DNA of 64,000 nucleotides, from assembly GCF_009914755.1 (NCBI RefSeq), contig NC_060929.1; one strand, 5' to 3'. Source of the stretch: the human T2T-CHM13v2.0 reference genome, Homo sapiens. Both the position numbers and the translations under genes were made by a program. The notes under the pieces were generated by a model. The model had not been told where the DNA came from and did not search any database. It saw only the letters and a program-made list of their open reading frames with translations. Every line of letters starts with the position of its first letter. Position 1 is the first letter of the stretch. Shown here piece by piece: positions 13,268 through 29,500 of the stretch.

Positions 13268-14303
13268 TCATCTTTAACTATCTGATGAGCAGAAAATGGT
13301 ATTTCACTGACTTATTTGCATGTCTTAAATATACCAGTTCTTAATAGTTTGCCTTTTTTATTAAGGGGAAAATTCTTTATTCTTCATCCTACTCTTCCCC
13401 TCCCATGACATCTCCTCTGCTCCACTTCTACTCTCCTTCTGCCTCTACTTAAAAGCATCTCATCCTCCTAGAAAGGCTCAAGGTCTAGGAATCTTCAGCT
13501 ACTCCCAGTCCTTCATCCTCCCCATTCAGTCACCAGTTCTGCCTCAAAGTCTTTTCCATCTGCCTCCGCCTTTCTATTCCTCTAATTCAGACTCTTGTTA
13601 ATGCTCACTTGAATTATTTAAGCAATTTACTGCATCTCCCTGTCTCCAGTCCTTTGCCCTGATTCATTCTACCCCTAGAATTATAGTATTGAAACACTGA
13701 TATGATCTTATTACCCACTAATCCAACATTTTGATGACTCCTCCTTGCTCATAGAATAAAACCTAAATTTCTCAGTCTAGCACTGTCAGACCTTTACAGC
13801 ATGGCCTTGTCTGTTATTCTAAATTCTCTTCATCCTCTACTGAGACCTGACATATAGATCTGCTTGATGTTCCCTAAACTAAAAACATTCATGCTATTAT
13901 CTTCTTTGTCTATAATGTTCTTCCTTTCACATACTGACTCAGCCTCATGCATAATTTCAACTCAAATTCTACCTTTTACAATCTTACAACATGCCACATT
14001 TAGAACTACTTTCCTAATTCCCGTAACACTGTGTTACTTAAGTTACTTATCAGTCTTCTTCGTATTCAGATCTCTTATGTGTTCATATGCATACACAGGA
14101 GTTTCTGGTGAGCATTAACTACCTTATTTCTATTTTGTATACTCCCAGGTACCCAGCACAGCATTTTCACATAGATTGTACTCAAAATACACAGAAGAAA
14201 CTATAAATATCTATTGAACTGATTGTCTTCTGAAATATTTCCAGTTGCCTTTTGACATGCACAAAACTACTAAAATAAATATTCCAATATAAAAATGCAT
14301 TAC

Positions 14304-14428
14304 CTGTTTGTTAGCAAAAATCAGGAGCAGAGCATCTCGGAGTTCTTTTTCCGTTAACAACTTTGCAAGTTCGCTGTGTGCTTCACTAATTCTGTCTCTA
14401 TGACTGCTATCTACAACAAACACAACAG
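14304..14428 (-). CDS. TRIM23: TRIM23 exon 10, ARF G4 motif (NKQ)
   Basis: [17 protein letters not shown]...LLIFANKQ; 125 nt; AG/GT. Confidence 0.97.
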
Positions 14429-14915
14429 CTACCCCAAAAAAAATAAAAAAAACAAAAATAGTCACTTGCTAAAGTTCAGTAAATGAACCAAATATTTAAT
14501 GATATCATTATTATGTTATGGTTAGAGTTTGTCTACCATCATTATTTTCACACAGAGGGTGCCTAGTATGGCAGGGGCACCTACAAATAATTAACAGTAT
14601 GATTTCAAGTAGTTTACATAACTTCTCAGGTTTAGTTTCCCCATCTAGGAAAGGATTTACAACACTTGCTCTATCAAATGCAAATTGGTCTGTATATCAA
14701 ATAACTTTTTACATAACGAATTTCAAAATATGCCTCATGATCCTCTACCTATGGATGCTACTTGTTCTTCGAATACTACTTTTCTAATATTTAGTCTTTG
14801 AATAAAAGACTAAAAGATAAAAACCATCACCATTTTTATTTCTCCAAAGTATTATGTCTAAGTTAACTATCTCCAGACTTTCAACCATTCCTCATATTCA
14901 AAATTTCATTTTTGT

Positions 14916-15520
<605 letters not shown>

Positions 15521-16195
15521 CATTTTTTCTATTAATTATGGCTCATAATAATATCAAAAATCCCAAAGTAAAAATAATTATTCAGTCTCTCATCTTGGTG
15601 GAAAGCAGAATAACATACAGAATAAGCGGCATGAGCGTAAGCATTATGTTGGGGTCTATGAGGCAGAAGTGTAGAGTAAGACCCAAATGTGACTAAAACC
15701 TATGTAGAGTATAGATATGATATAATACGGTTTGGTCAAAAGCAAGCTACTGTAAGTTCTTCTGCAGGTAATAACTATTTGTGAAAGAAATGTGGGAGTG
15801 GGGCTATAGTGAGATTATAATGGGATAAATGTTGAGTTTAACTGAATTCAGCAGAATCATACAACATAAATTCAACTCTATACCACTACGCTACCAGCAG
15901 TCACACCCATATAATACTGGTAATATACATTCTCTGTTAAGAGAAGCAAGAGTACTCTTAACTGACTACATATCTAAGCTACATATGGTTTTTATTCTGT
16001 AATAATGGTATATCAGGAATAAACTAAAAGTATATATCCTAATCTTTCTACTTTCATTTTTTACAAGTTAAGAAACTGGCCACAGGTACTTAAGTATACA
16101 GTCAACGACTTAATCATAAGTATCAGCTTTGCTAGTTAAATCAGTACACTGAAAACTGTCATCCTAAAAATGTGAAAAATTAAATGTCATTTTTA

Positions 16196-16342
<147 letters not shown>

Positions 16343-16833
16343 CTATATTTGTATTTACAATGAATGACATATCAAACACAGACAACCCCCAGTTTATAAC
16401 TGTGACTTATCAAATTATCTACATGCAGCAATATCTACTGAAGCCTAATCAACCCCATTCCTACTCCTACATGGTGAATGTATACCTGTAACAGCTCCTA
16501 GCCCTCTAAACCTCCACCAAGGTCCTTAGGACCTTGGGATCCATGTACCTTCCAGCTCTGTTCCACTACTACCCCCCACCCCACACCCTCAGCCAGGATC
16601 ACCAATCCTCTATTCCTTCCAACTGTCCCACCAATACTCTGTTTCTTCTTTTTATCCCCATCCACATTTCAATCCCATAGTCATACAATCTTGCATTTTT
16701 TCTCTGAGATGCTGATATCTTAGAGCCAGAAAAGAGCCCACCACCATGACAGATCAGTATCAAATAAGACCCCAAGAACTTGGCTGTAAGCTAGGGTTTG
16801 TCTATTAAGGTAAAAACCAATATTCATACTTAC

Positions 16834-16963
16834 CAATTGTTGGAATGGGCTGCATGAATTCATCCTGTTTTAACTTAAACAAGATAGTAGTTTTGCCAGC
16901 ACCATCCAATCCTAACGTAACGACCCGAATTTCCATTTTTGGTCCAATGTGAACTCGATTATC
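16834..16963 (-). CDS. TRIM23: TRIM23 exon 8, ARF domain P-loop
   Basis: [32 protein letters not shown]...PTIG; 130 nt; AG/GT. Confidence 0.98.
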
Positions 16964-18219
16964 CTACAATTTAAATATTTTTAAATATGTTTGACATGCA
17001 GTTAGAAAGTAATAGCATTTAGCACCTTTATTATTTCTACATCTCCTATTCATTCCTCAACCATTGCAATCTGAATTGTATTCCTCAAAATACTGAGTCT
17101 GATCTCAAGAAGATGAAATCCTTCCCCATGGCTAAATCTTGCCTTAGTAAAACTGACTTTGTCTTTGTATAACAGAATATACATACCCACTTAATTTTCT
17201 CAGATTTTCTAACTCAAATGAATCCTCTAAATCTTAAACATGTTTTTATGCTATACTAAAAAAATCACAATAAGGGTAAATCAATTAAAATGAAAAAGTG
17301 CTGCTCAATTCCCAGAAATTTCTACTATGAATCTGATGTATATCCCTCCAGACACTTTCCATGCACATACTGGCCAACATACACAAACAAAACAAATTTT
17401 TTTTTAAAAAAGTATTACCCACACATTGAAACTAATGTGTTTCACTCAACAGTATATTATGGAATCCTGTCAATACATATTGACCAACCTTTTTCTTTTA
17501 ATGGCTTCTTTACATTTCATAAACCACAATTTAACTAAACCCCCAACTGATAGATTTTAGGTAATTTCTGATTTTATGATATTACAAATAATGCTATAAT
17601 GAACATTTTTATATATTACTAGCTGCATGATTTCTCTGCTTCACTTCTTTCATCTCATAAAAGGAGGATTAAAATAGTACAAAATTTACATAGGATTCTT
17701 GAAAGGATTAATTTTTAAGAATACATATAAAAGTCCTTACAACAGTTCCCAAAATATATGTGTTATTTTTGCTTACTCCTTTGAGCACTCTTTGCTTGGA
17801 TTTTATGATACAAACTTTTCCTGGTTTGGTTTTATCCCATTTTTGGATGTTCCTTCTAATTTTTCTTTAATCCAGCTCTTAAATGTTGGTATTCTTGAGG
17901 GTCTATATGAGGCCTCCTTCTCATTCTACATATTTTCATTCTCTTCATGAGCTTTAATTACCATGTATATTATGGCTCCAAATCTATACTTAAGTCCAGT
18001 TATACACCTCAGAAATAAAACAATATATGGAACAGAACTACTTCTGTGAGAACTCTAGAGAACAGTTAAGAAACTACAGCACCCAGGCCATAAAACCAAG
18101 AAGGCATTCCAGTGAAAGGGGTAATAAAATTTGGGGCATTCTGTGCACTCATCCCTGCCCTTCCCCATATCCAACATAGTGAGGATGAGGTGCAACCAGG
18201 AGGAAACTACAAAATACTA

Positions 18220-18541
<322 letters not shown>

Positions 18542-19221
18542 CACATATTAAAGGGATTGTACGCCATGACCAAATGGGCTTTATAACTGGAAGGCAAGAA
18601 TTATTCATCATCAATCAGCATAATACACAGAATGAGAGAAAAAAAGCACGTAATCATCTCAATAGTTGCAGAAAAAGCATTTAACAAAATTCAATACCCT
18701 TTCATAATAAAAACATTCAACAAACTAGGAGTAGCAGGAAACTGCCTCAGTTAACATACACCATATAAGAAATGCCCACAGCTAACATCATACTCAAAAA
18801 ACTGAAAGCTTTTTCTCTAAGATAAAGAACAAGAAGATGCCCACAGAGCAATTAGGCAAGAAAAATAATAAAAGACATCCAAATTGTAAAGGAAGATGTA
18901 AAATTATATCTCTTCACAGATGACATGATCTTGTATGTAGAAAACCCTGAAGAGTCCACACAAAAAGACCTATTAGAATAAAGTCAACAAAGTTTCAGGA
19001 TATAAAATCAACATGAAAATCAGTTGCATTTCTATACATTAATGATAAAAATCCCAAAAGGAAATTAAGGAAACAATTCTACTTAAAATAGCATCAAAAT
19101 TATACTTTCAGGGATCATTTTTATAGTTTATGACTAAAGAAGTTTCTCTGAACATGTACAGAAAAAAAAGTTTAAGATACTTAGGAATAAACTCAACCAA
19201 GATGGTGAAAGACTTAAGATA

Positions 19222-19301
19222 CTATGTTGGTGCAAAAGCAACTGCGGCTTTTGCCAGTACTTTTAATGGCAAAAACCACTATTACTTTTGCACCAACCTA
19301 A
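19222..19301. mobile_element. MADE1 (Hsmar1-derived MITE)
   Basis: 80-bp near-palindrome ..GTTGGTGCAAAAG...CTTTTGCACCAACCTAA flanked by TA. Confidence 0.92.
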
Positions 19302-19630
19302 TATGTAGGCGTACACCTAACCAAGATGGTGAAAGACTTGTACACTAAAAACTACAAATATTGCTAAAATAAATTAAGACATAAATAGACATTCCATGTC
19401 CATGGATTGAAAGACATAAAATATTAAGATATGAATAACAGCCCAGGTAATTTATATAGATTCAATGCAATCCCTATCAAAATCCCAATCATGTTTTTTG
19501 TGGAGATAGAAAAAATTAAGCTAAAATTTATAAGGAAGCTCAAGTGACCCTGAATAGCCAAAACAATTTTGAAAAAGAAAAAAGTTGGAGGACTCACACT
19601 TCCTTACTTCAAAATATATTACAAAGCTAA

Positions 19631-20054
19631 TGTATTGTTCTGTTTTTGCACTGCTATAAAGAAATACCTGAGACTGGGTAATTTATAAAGAAAAGTTTAA
19701 TTGGCTCACAGTTCCACAGGCAGTACAGGAAGCATGATGCTGGCATCAGCTTGGCTTCAGGGAAAGCCTCAGGAAACTTACAATCATGGTGGAAAGCAAA
19801 GAGGGAGTGAGGCATTTCACATGGCAGGAGCAGGAGCAAGAGAGAGGGTGGGGGAGGTGCCACACACTTTTAAACGACCAGATCTCATGAGAACTCACCT
19901 ATTATGGCAAAGACAGTACCAAGGGGGATGATACTAAACCATTCATGAGAAACTGCCCCCATGATCCAGTCACCTCCAACCAGGCCCCATTTCAACATTG
20001 GGGATTACAACTGGAAATGAGATTTGGGCAGGAACATAGATCCAAGCCATATCA
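19631..20054 (-). mobile_element. MST-family (ERVL-MaLR) solo LTR
   Basis: TG...CA ends; GAAATACCTGAGACTGGGTAATTTATAAAG motif; 5-bp TSD GCTA(A/C). Confidence 0.85.
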
Positions 20055-21068
20055 GCTACAATAATGAAAACTATGTGGTACTGGCATAAAGATGAGACAT
20101 ACAAACCAACAGAACAGAAGAGAGAGCCCAGAAATAAACCCTCAGGAATAGGGTCACATGATCTTCAACAAGGGTGCAGGACCACTCAATGAAAAGACAG
20201 TCTCTTCAATAAATGATGCTGGGGAAACTGGATATCTACATGCAAAAGGATGTTATGTATCTTACACCACCTAAAAAAATTAACTCAAAATGGCCATAAA
20301 CTTAAGACCCCAAACCATAAAACTCCTAGAAGAAAAAACAGAGGAAAAGCCTCATGACATTGCATTTGAGAGTGACTTCAGGGATACACGAAAAGCACAG
20401 TAAAAAAAAAAAAAAAAAAGCAAAAATAGACTACATCAAATTTACAATTTTTGTGCATAAAATGACAAAATCAACAGAGTGAAAAATTGACCTATGAAAT
20501 GGGAGAAAATATTTGAAAGTCACAGATCTGATAGGGAATTAATATCCAGAATATACAAAGAACTCCTACAATTCAACAACAAAAATAGTCAACCCAATCA
20601 AAAAGTGAGCGAAGGACAGAAATAGACATATTCAAGGCAATATACAGATGGCCAACAATTATATGAAAAGATGGTTAATGGCACTAGTCATCAGAGATAT
20701 GGATATCAAAACAAATAAGGTATCATTTCAAACCAATCAGGATGGCTACTATCCAAAAACAGAAAATAACAAGTGTTGGTGAAAATGTGGAGAAACTGCA
20801 CCCTTGTGCACCACTGGTGGAACTGTAATATGGTGCAACCATTATGGAAAACAGTATGGGGATTCCTCAAAAAATTAAAAACAGAACTACTATATGATCT
20901 ACCAACTTCACTTCTGGGTATATATCCAAAAGACCATGAAAGCAGGGTCTTGAAGAGATATTTGTACACTCACGTACACAGCAGCACTATTCCCAGTAAA
21001 CCAAGAAGTGGAAGCTACCCAAGTTTCCATCAACAGATGAATGAACAAACAAAATGTGGTATACACAT

Positions 21069-22733
21069 TGTATTAGTCCATTTTCATGCTGCTGATAAAG
21101 ACATACCCAAGACTGGGAAGAAAAAGAGGTTTAATTAGACTTACAGTTCCACATGGCTGGGGAAGCCTCAGAATCATGACAGGAGGCAAAAAGCACTTCT
21201 TACATGGCAGCAGCAAGAGAAAAATGAGGAAGAAGCAAAAGCGGAAACCCCTGATAAACCCATCAGATCTCGTGAGACTTAATCACTATCACAAGAATAG
21301 CACAGGAAAGACCAGCTCCCATGATTCAATTACCTCACCCTGGGTCCCTCCCTAACACATGGGAATTCTGAGAGATACAATTCAAGTTGAGATTTGGGTG
21401 GGGGCACACCCAAAATCTCAAGCATATCATTCTGCCCCTCGCCCCTCCAAACCCTGCCCTTACAGCAAACTTCTGCCTAGGCTTCCAGGTGTTTCCATAC
21501 ATCTTCTGAAATCTAAGCAGAGGTTCCCAAACCTCTATTCTTGACTTCTGTGCACCCACAGGCTCAACACCACATGGAAGCTGCCAAGGCTTGGGGATTC
21601 CACCCTCTGAAGCCACAGCCCGAGCTCTACATTGGCCCCTTTCAGCCACAGCTGGAGCAGCTGGGACTCAGGGCATCAAGTCCCCAGGCTGCACACAGCA
21701 TGGGGACCCTGGGCCCAGCCCATGAAACCACTTTTTCCTCCTGGACCTCCAGGCCTGTGATGGGAGGGGCTGCCATGAAGGTCTCTGACATGGCCTAGAG
21801 ACATTTTCCCCTTGGTCTTAGGTATTAACATTAGGTTCCTTGCTACTTATGCAAATTTCTGCAGCCAGCTTGAATTTTTCCCCAGAAGATGGGTTTTTCT
21901 TCTCCATTGCACAATCAGGATGCAAATTTTTCAAACTTTTACGCTCTGCTTCCCTTATAAAACTGAAGGCCTTTAACAGAACCCAAGTCACCTCTTGAAT
22001 GCTTTGCTGCTTAGAAATTTCTTCCACCAGATACCCTAAATCACCTCTCTCAAGTTTGAAGTTCCACAAATGTCTAGGCAAATGCCACCAGTCTCTTTGC
22101 TAAAACAGTAACAAGAGTCACCTTCATTCCAGTTCCCAAAAAGTTCCTCGTCTCCCTCTGAGACCACCTCAGCCTGGATTTCGCCATCCATATCATTATC
22201 AGTATTTTTGTCAAAGTCATTCAACGAGTCTCTAGGAAGTTCCAAACTTTCTCACACTTTCCTGTCTTCTTCTTAGCCCTCCAAACTGTTCCACCCTCTA
22301 CCTGTTACCCAGTTCCAAAGTTGCCTGCACATTTTTGGGTATCCTTTCAGCATCGCCTCACTCTACTGGTACCAATTTACTGTATTAGTCCATTTTCACG
22401 CTGCTGATAAGGACATACCCGAAACTGGGAACAAAAAGAGGTTTAATTGGACTTACAGTTCCACATGGCTAGGGAGGCCTCAGAATCATGGCAGGGGGCA
22501 AAAGGTACTTCTTACATGGTGGTGGCAAGAGAAAAATGAGGAAGAAGCAAAAGCAGAAACCCCTAATAAGCCCATTAGCTCTCATGAGACTTATTCACTA
22601 TCACAAGAATAGCATGGGACAGACCGGCCCCCATTATTCAATTACCTCCCCCTGGGTCCCTCCCAAAACGTGGGAATTCTGGGAGATACAATTCAAATTG
22701 AGATTTGGGTGGGGACACAGCCAAACCATATCA
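21069..22733 (-). mobile_element. THE1 (C/D-like) MaLR with two LTRs (21069-21429, 22381-22733) and a shortened internal region
   Basis: Two similar TGTATTAGTCC...CATATCA LTRs; perfect 5-bp TSD CACAT at 21064-21068 and 22734-22738. Confidence 0.92.
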
Positions 22734-23737
22734 CACATGCAATGGAATATTATTCAGCTTTAAAATGGAAGAAAATCCTTTCACATGCTACAATATGGAT
22801 GAATTTTGATGACAGGCCAAGTGGAATAAGCCAGCCACAAAAAGGCAAATACTGTATGATTCCACTTATATGAGGTATCTAGTCAAATTCATAAGGGAAA
22901 AATACAATAGTGGTTACCAGGGACCGATGAGAGGGGGCAGAGGGGAACTGTTTAAAGGGTATAGAGTTTCAGTTCTACAAAATGAAAAATTTCTGGATAT
23001 CTAACAATGTGAATATACTTAACAGTACTGAATTGTACATTTTTAAATGGTTGAGATAGCAAATTTTTTATTATGTGTTTTTTACTACGATAAATAAATG
23101 TGGCATATCCTCACAATGAAGTACCTTGCAGCTGGAAAAAGGAACAAAAAATGTCACTTTCTACTGCTACAGAGTAATGTTTAGGATGTACAGCTAAGTA
23201 AAAAGAGCAGGAAAAAAAAAGTGTGTAAGGTATTCCACCTTTTAAATCCAAGTGGTGTGCATACAAATATATAAACATATGTCTCTATACTTTTTAAAAT
23301 GATGACTAAAACTAAGAAAAAATTCTAAATGATTTTCTATGGGGAATGAAGTAAAAAGGGTAGAAGGACCAGGCATAAAAGCTAGATTTCTCTGAATAAA
23401 CCTTGCTTTGAACATTTGACTCTGGATCACATAAACATTTCACATAATTGTGAAAACATAATTAAATTAAAAAAAAACCAGCCCCTAAAAATGGAAAGCA
23501 AAATGGTACACATGAACACTTTTTAATCAGGGAGAACCCACTTTAAAAGAGGTTTAAATATATCAACCAAATCCCAAGTATGAAACTTTGCTTGGATTGT
23601 ATCTAAAATAAAGCAACCATTAAAAAAATTGTTTTGAAAACAATCTGAGAAATTTGAATACTAACAAGTTGATAATATTAGTGAAAATATTAGAGATTCA
23701 TTATTAAACTTTTTTGGTGTAATAATGATATTTTGGC

Positions 23738-24170
<433 letters not shown>

Positions 24171-24436
24171 CCAATTATGTTTTTAAAAAGTGTCCTTATC
24201 TTTTGGAGATACACCCTAAAATATTTCATAGATGAAATAAGATATTGGGATGAAATAATATGATATTAGGATTTGCTTCAAAATACCCTGGGAGATTGCA
24301 GGTAGGAAAAGGAGTAGGTAAAAGGGGAGATGAAATAAGTTTATAATTGCTCAAGTGGGTGATGGATACAGGAAGATTCATTATATATACCATATATATA
24401 CCATTTATATTTTCTTATTTTTACTTTTTTAAATTT

Positions 24437-24537
24437 AAAAATATGGCACACTTCACAAATTTGTGTGTCATCCTTGCACAGGGGCCATGCTAATCTTCTT
24501 ATTCCAATTTTAGTATATGTGCTGCCGAAGTGAGCAC
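24437..24537 (-). pseudogene. Processed U6 snRNA pseudogene
   Basis: Reverse complement reads GTGCTCACTTCGGCAGCACATATACTAAAATTGGAA...CCATATTTTT; A-rich tail 24414-24436; TSD ACCATTT(A/C)TATTTT at 24400-24413 and 24538-24551. Confidence 0.95.
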
Positions 24538-24686
24538 ACCATTTCTATTTTCCACTGATAAAAGTTTTCTTAAAAAGCCCCTAATTCATGAATTTCATGG
24601 TTGTCTCTTTAAGGTGATTATCATGAAACGTAAATCAATTATGATTTGTCAGAAAAAATACCTAAAAATAAAGTACAGTACATTAC

Positions 24687-24821
24687 CTTTGTAAAAGTGA
24701 CAGGGATGCTGGCATCCAACTGAATGTGATCTGCAACTTCTGTAAACTGCTGCTGCTGTTTCTGCAATGTTTCCAGTAACCTTGTAATTTCCTGTTTTGC
24801 CAAGACAACTCTACAATCATC
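24687..24821 (-). CDS. TRIM23: TRIM23 exon 7 (coiled-coil end)
   Basis: DDCRVVLAKQEITRLLETLQKQQQQF...VTFTK; 135 nt; AG/GT. Confidence 0.96.
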
Positions 24822-25921
24822 CTATAAGAGGCAAAACAATATTTCTTATAAACTTTTTATAAGAAATAAGGAAAAGAGACTTATATTACCAACTCACAAT
24901 AAAAGCAGTTTTAACATTATAGTAGTCAAAGTTAAATGTAAATTTGACAAGAATAATAATTGAGCATTAATAAATAATTTAAGGACTTAGCAACGAAAGA
25001 ATGGATAAATTGTAGCATATAGATAAATGGAACACTACATCACAGTGAGAATAAACCATAGCTACACGTGATGATAGAAATTTCACAAACATAATGTGGA
25101 GTATAAGAAGACATGGCATGGAGAATTCATACTGTATGATTTCATTTAATTACCAAAACAACCAAAATTAAGATATACATTAGAAGTCAAGATAGTGGTT
25201 TATCATGGTGGGAAAGGCAGGTAGTGGCCAGAAGTGAGTATGAGGGAACTACTGGGGTACTGACAATGTTCTGGTACTTGATCTGAGTGCTAGTTACACA
25301 TTAATGATCAGTCTGAAAATTCAGCCAACTGAATACTTATGCATACATTTCTATATCTATGTTCTACGTCTATAAAAAGTTTAAAAATTAATTTCAGATA
25401 TACATGTATTCGTTAAAAAAAATAAAGAATACAGGTCCACTCCTCAAAGTCAAGAACTTTCCAGTTTCTTGAATATTATTCCAGACTATCTATACATATA
25501 CCAACATAGTCTTTATATGAAAGAGATCTCCCAATAATATGCAAGCTCCATGAGAACGGTAGTATTATCTGTTTTTGCTCACTGTTAGATACTCATGTTA
25601 GCTGACAGCAATTCCACTGTTTCAGTTGTTCAGGACAAACGCTGAAGTCATTATTGCTTTCTCTTTCCCGCATGCCCTACGTACAATCTGTTAACAAATC
25701 CTTTTGAACATCCAGAATCTGGGCACTTCTAATCCCCATTATCCAAGCCACTATTACCTCTCACCTGGAATTCTACAACTGCTGCTTAACTGTTAAATTC
25801 CTTCCTTCCATTTTTGCCTTCTTTCAATCTATTTTAGACACATAGGCCAGAAAAATCCTTTTAACATATAAGATTAAGTCACTCTTCTACTCAAAACTCT
25901 ACAATGGTCCTATCCCAATCA

Positions 25922-26262
<341 letters not shown>

Positions 26263-27076
26263 TTGAAGTCCTTATAATGCCTCACAGGGCCTTCCTTACA
26301 TATAATTCTCTATTAACCTCTGATTTCAGCTCCTATTACTCTGTCCTTCGCTTATTCTACTCCAGTCAAGAGGCCTATTTTCCTGTTCCTCAAACATACC
26401 AGGCATGCTGCCCTAGGGTTTTTGCTATAACATTTCCTCAACTACAATGTTCTTCTCCCAGTTACGGCCTGAACGAATTCCTTCAACTTTTTACTTGAAT
26501 CTTTGCTCAAATCTCACCTTCCCTCAATAATGCTTACCCTGACTACTCTACTTATTAATGCAATCTGCTGTACAAACATAAACATGTAGTTGCAGAATTC
26601 TTTTTTGATTAGCTCTCAGAACTTTCTAACATATAGTATAATTAACTTACTTAGATATGGTTATGGTTTATTGCCTGTCTTCTTGCTAGAATGCTAATTT
26701 CACAAGATTATGGCTTTTTGCTTATTGTGTTCACTGATATATTTTAAATACATGGCATATGTTAGCTACTCAATACATATTTGCTAAATGAATAAATATT
26801 CAGCATCCAGTATCATGCCAAGAACTTTAGATGATGCATAATTTGTTTAGAGTGGATGGATGATTAAATTATGTTCTCAGAAGTGAAGATCAATTTGTGA
26901 TGTTCCATCCATTCCTCTGTTCAATTTTCTCTGTAGTGGGAACTTTAAAGAACATTGGTTAGTATTCTGTAGTTATAAAATAGAACAAAACTAATAGGTC
27001 CATATGAAAAATGAATCCAAGACCTTGATTTTTTTGCATTAACATAGATAATACTGTATCATTAAAAATTACCAGT

Positions 27077-27429
27077 TGATATGGTTTGGCTCCGTGTCCT
27101 CACCCAAATCTCATCTCGAATTGTAATCCCCACATGTCAAGGGAGGGACATGATTGGATTATTGGGGCAGTTTCCCTCATGCTGTTCTCATGATAGTGAT
27201 TAATCATGACATCTGATGGTTTTAAAGTGTGGCACCTCTCCTTTGCTCTCTCTTTCTCTCCTGCCGTCCTGTAAACAAGGTGCTTGCTTCCCCTTCGCCT
27301 TCCCCCATGATTGTCTAACTTTCCTGAAGCCTCCCCAGCCATGCAAACCTGTAAATTAAGCCCCTTTCCTTTATAAATTACCCAGTCTCAGGTAGTATCT
27401 GTAAAGCAGTGTGAAAATGGACTAATATA
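27077..27429 (+). mobile_element. MSTA-like solo LTR
   Basis: TGATATGGTTTGG...GGACTAATATA; TSD CCAGT on both sides. Confidence 0.88.
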
Positions 27430-29017
27430 CCAGTCATTTTGGCACAACACTTCAGAAACTCTAAAATACTTAAATATTTCAGTAACTATGAACAAACTTT
27501 TTCATAAAATAAATATGAAAATACTTTTAAGTGATCAAGTAAATATGATTTAGGACATGACTCCACTCTGATTTTGCTATGTAGCTTCATTATCCGCCAT
27601 GAGTTAAACATGTATTTATTAAGCTCTTTCTATCTAGATGCAAAGAATTTAGTGACACAAAGATGAACAAGATGCATCAAAGATGAACAAGGTCAGCATC
27701 TAAAACACATAGGCATATTGTGTCATTCAAGGTCAAATCGGAAGACACAAATCACACCATTACTTGAATAGAAAGAACTTAAAATAAAAACTGTTAACTA
27801 GGTGTAGTTATTAACTAGGTAGCTAAAAGGTTAAAAGGAACTCTGAGGTATTAAGGAGGTAGCAATTGTATGAAATAACATAGCTACCACTTCCAGTGCT
27901 AAAGGAATAAAAGGAAGAAGTTAGAATTATTAAAACTTAGAAACTTGCAGGAGTGGCTCATGGAGCTGAAACTCAAACCTCCGAGAAGGGTGGTCTCCTC
28001 ACATGAGTAACTATGCCCCCTCTTGACAGTACCTAACATGGGCCCAGCTGGCAACACAATTATGAGGTCTGTAGAGTTCTAGCCCTAGTATCACAAAATA
28101 GAGGATAGAAGAGTAGGTTTGGAGCTGAAAATCAACTTAATAAATAGCATACATATCAACTGTTACAATTCAGTGTGGTAAGGACTAAATGATAACCCAA
28201 GACTGATGAGGCTATAGACTGGCCACTCTCATGTAAGTGTAATCACATATTTAAGAGAAAAAGCTCTACAATGGTAAAAGGCTTAGCCTACAATGATTTG
28301 AAATCAACACAATTATTAGCAATATATCAGTGAAGATAACACAGACTGCAGCTTTTCTGAAATTCCTAGGGCAATAGTTATTCTTATACCTCACACTTAT
28401 GAAAACAGATCCAAAACACAAATGGGTAAAGCTGACATTTGTGTTAGAATAACTGAATCTCATTTATTTAAAAAAGTAAGTCATCTGCAAACTGGGTAAC
28501 AAATTTCTTATGGTATCTCAACCATCACAAAACATACGTTTGCTCTAACAGTGAAGAACCACTGAATTATAGCAGAGGTAGGCAGTACATGGTAGAGAGG
28601 CACTCAAAAAAAGACCAACAAATAGAAAGCTTCAAAGAAAGGCAAATATTTAAGCTGGACCTTGAAGGAGAAGGAAGATTTCCACTATTAGAAAAGAGAG
28701 ATATATGCACTCCAAGCAGAAAAAAAAAAAAAACTACATATATGCTTGGCAAAGAAGAGTAAAAGGATTTGGCATAACTGAAGAATGGCAAGAAGTTAGA
28801 AGGCCTCAAGAACCCATGGCTTATGGTGGGAAAGGCACGTGAACGACACTGATAATTCCATACTAGTGAAATAATTCAAGGTTGCAGACCATTTCCTAAG
28901 CACAAAGTTACTGCATACAGCAGACACAAAATATTAATAAAACACACTAATGTATACCTCTGGTAATTATCTACTTAAACTTACAACTAAGTCCCTAACC
29001 ACATTTAAACTACCTAC

Positions 29018-29233
29018 CTGCTGCAAAGTCTTTTCACAGTGGAGGCAGGCTGCAGAAACCTCTGACAACAAAATAGTCATATCTTCTTGTTGCTGCCTGA
29101 GCCAAATCAATTTTTCACGAACATGAGCATCAACAACACTTAGAGCCATTTCTTCTTGACGACACAGAGTTTCATGTAGATCATAAAAATAAGCTCGAAT
29201 ACATGACCGGGCATTCTCTGCAGTCCCTGGTAC
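29018..29233 (-). CDS. TRIM23: TRIM23 exon 6
   Basis: VPGTAENARSCIRAYF...EKTLQQ; 216 nt; AG/GT. Confidence 0.96.
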
Positions 29234-29304
29234 CTAAGAAAATGAAAATAAATTTTAAGCAACTGTAATGTTAATAAAGATTTTACCTGTGAAATATTTA
29301 AAAT

Positions 29305-29500
29305 TTCAGCCTAGGCAACATGGCAAAACTCTGTCTCTACAAAAAATGGAAAAAATTAGCCAGCCGTGGTGGCATGTGCCTGTAGTCCCAGCTACTCAGG
29401 AGGCTGAGGCGGGAGGATTGATTGAGCCCCAGAAGTCAAGGCTGCAGTGAGTGGTGATCACAACACTGCATGCCAGCCTGGGTGACCAAGCGAGACATTG
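29305..29500 (+). mobile_element. 5'-truncated AluJ
   Basis: End of left arm plus right arm. Confidence 0.8.

Noticed and set aside
20706-22873. Cluster of 60-121 aa ORFs
   Set aside because: They fall in degenerate L1 ORF2 and THE1 sequence; no intact retroelement protein.
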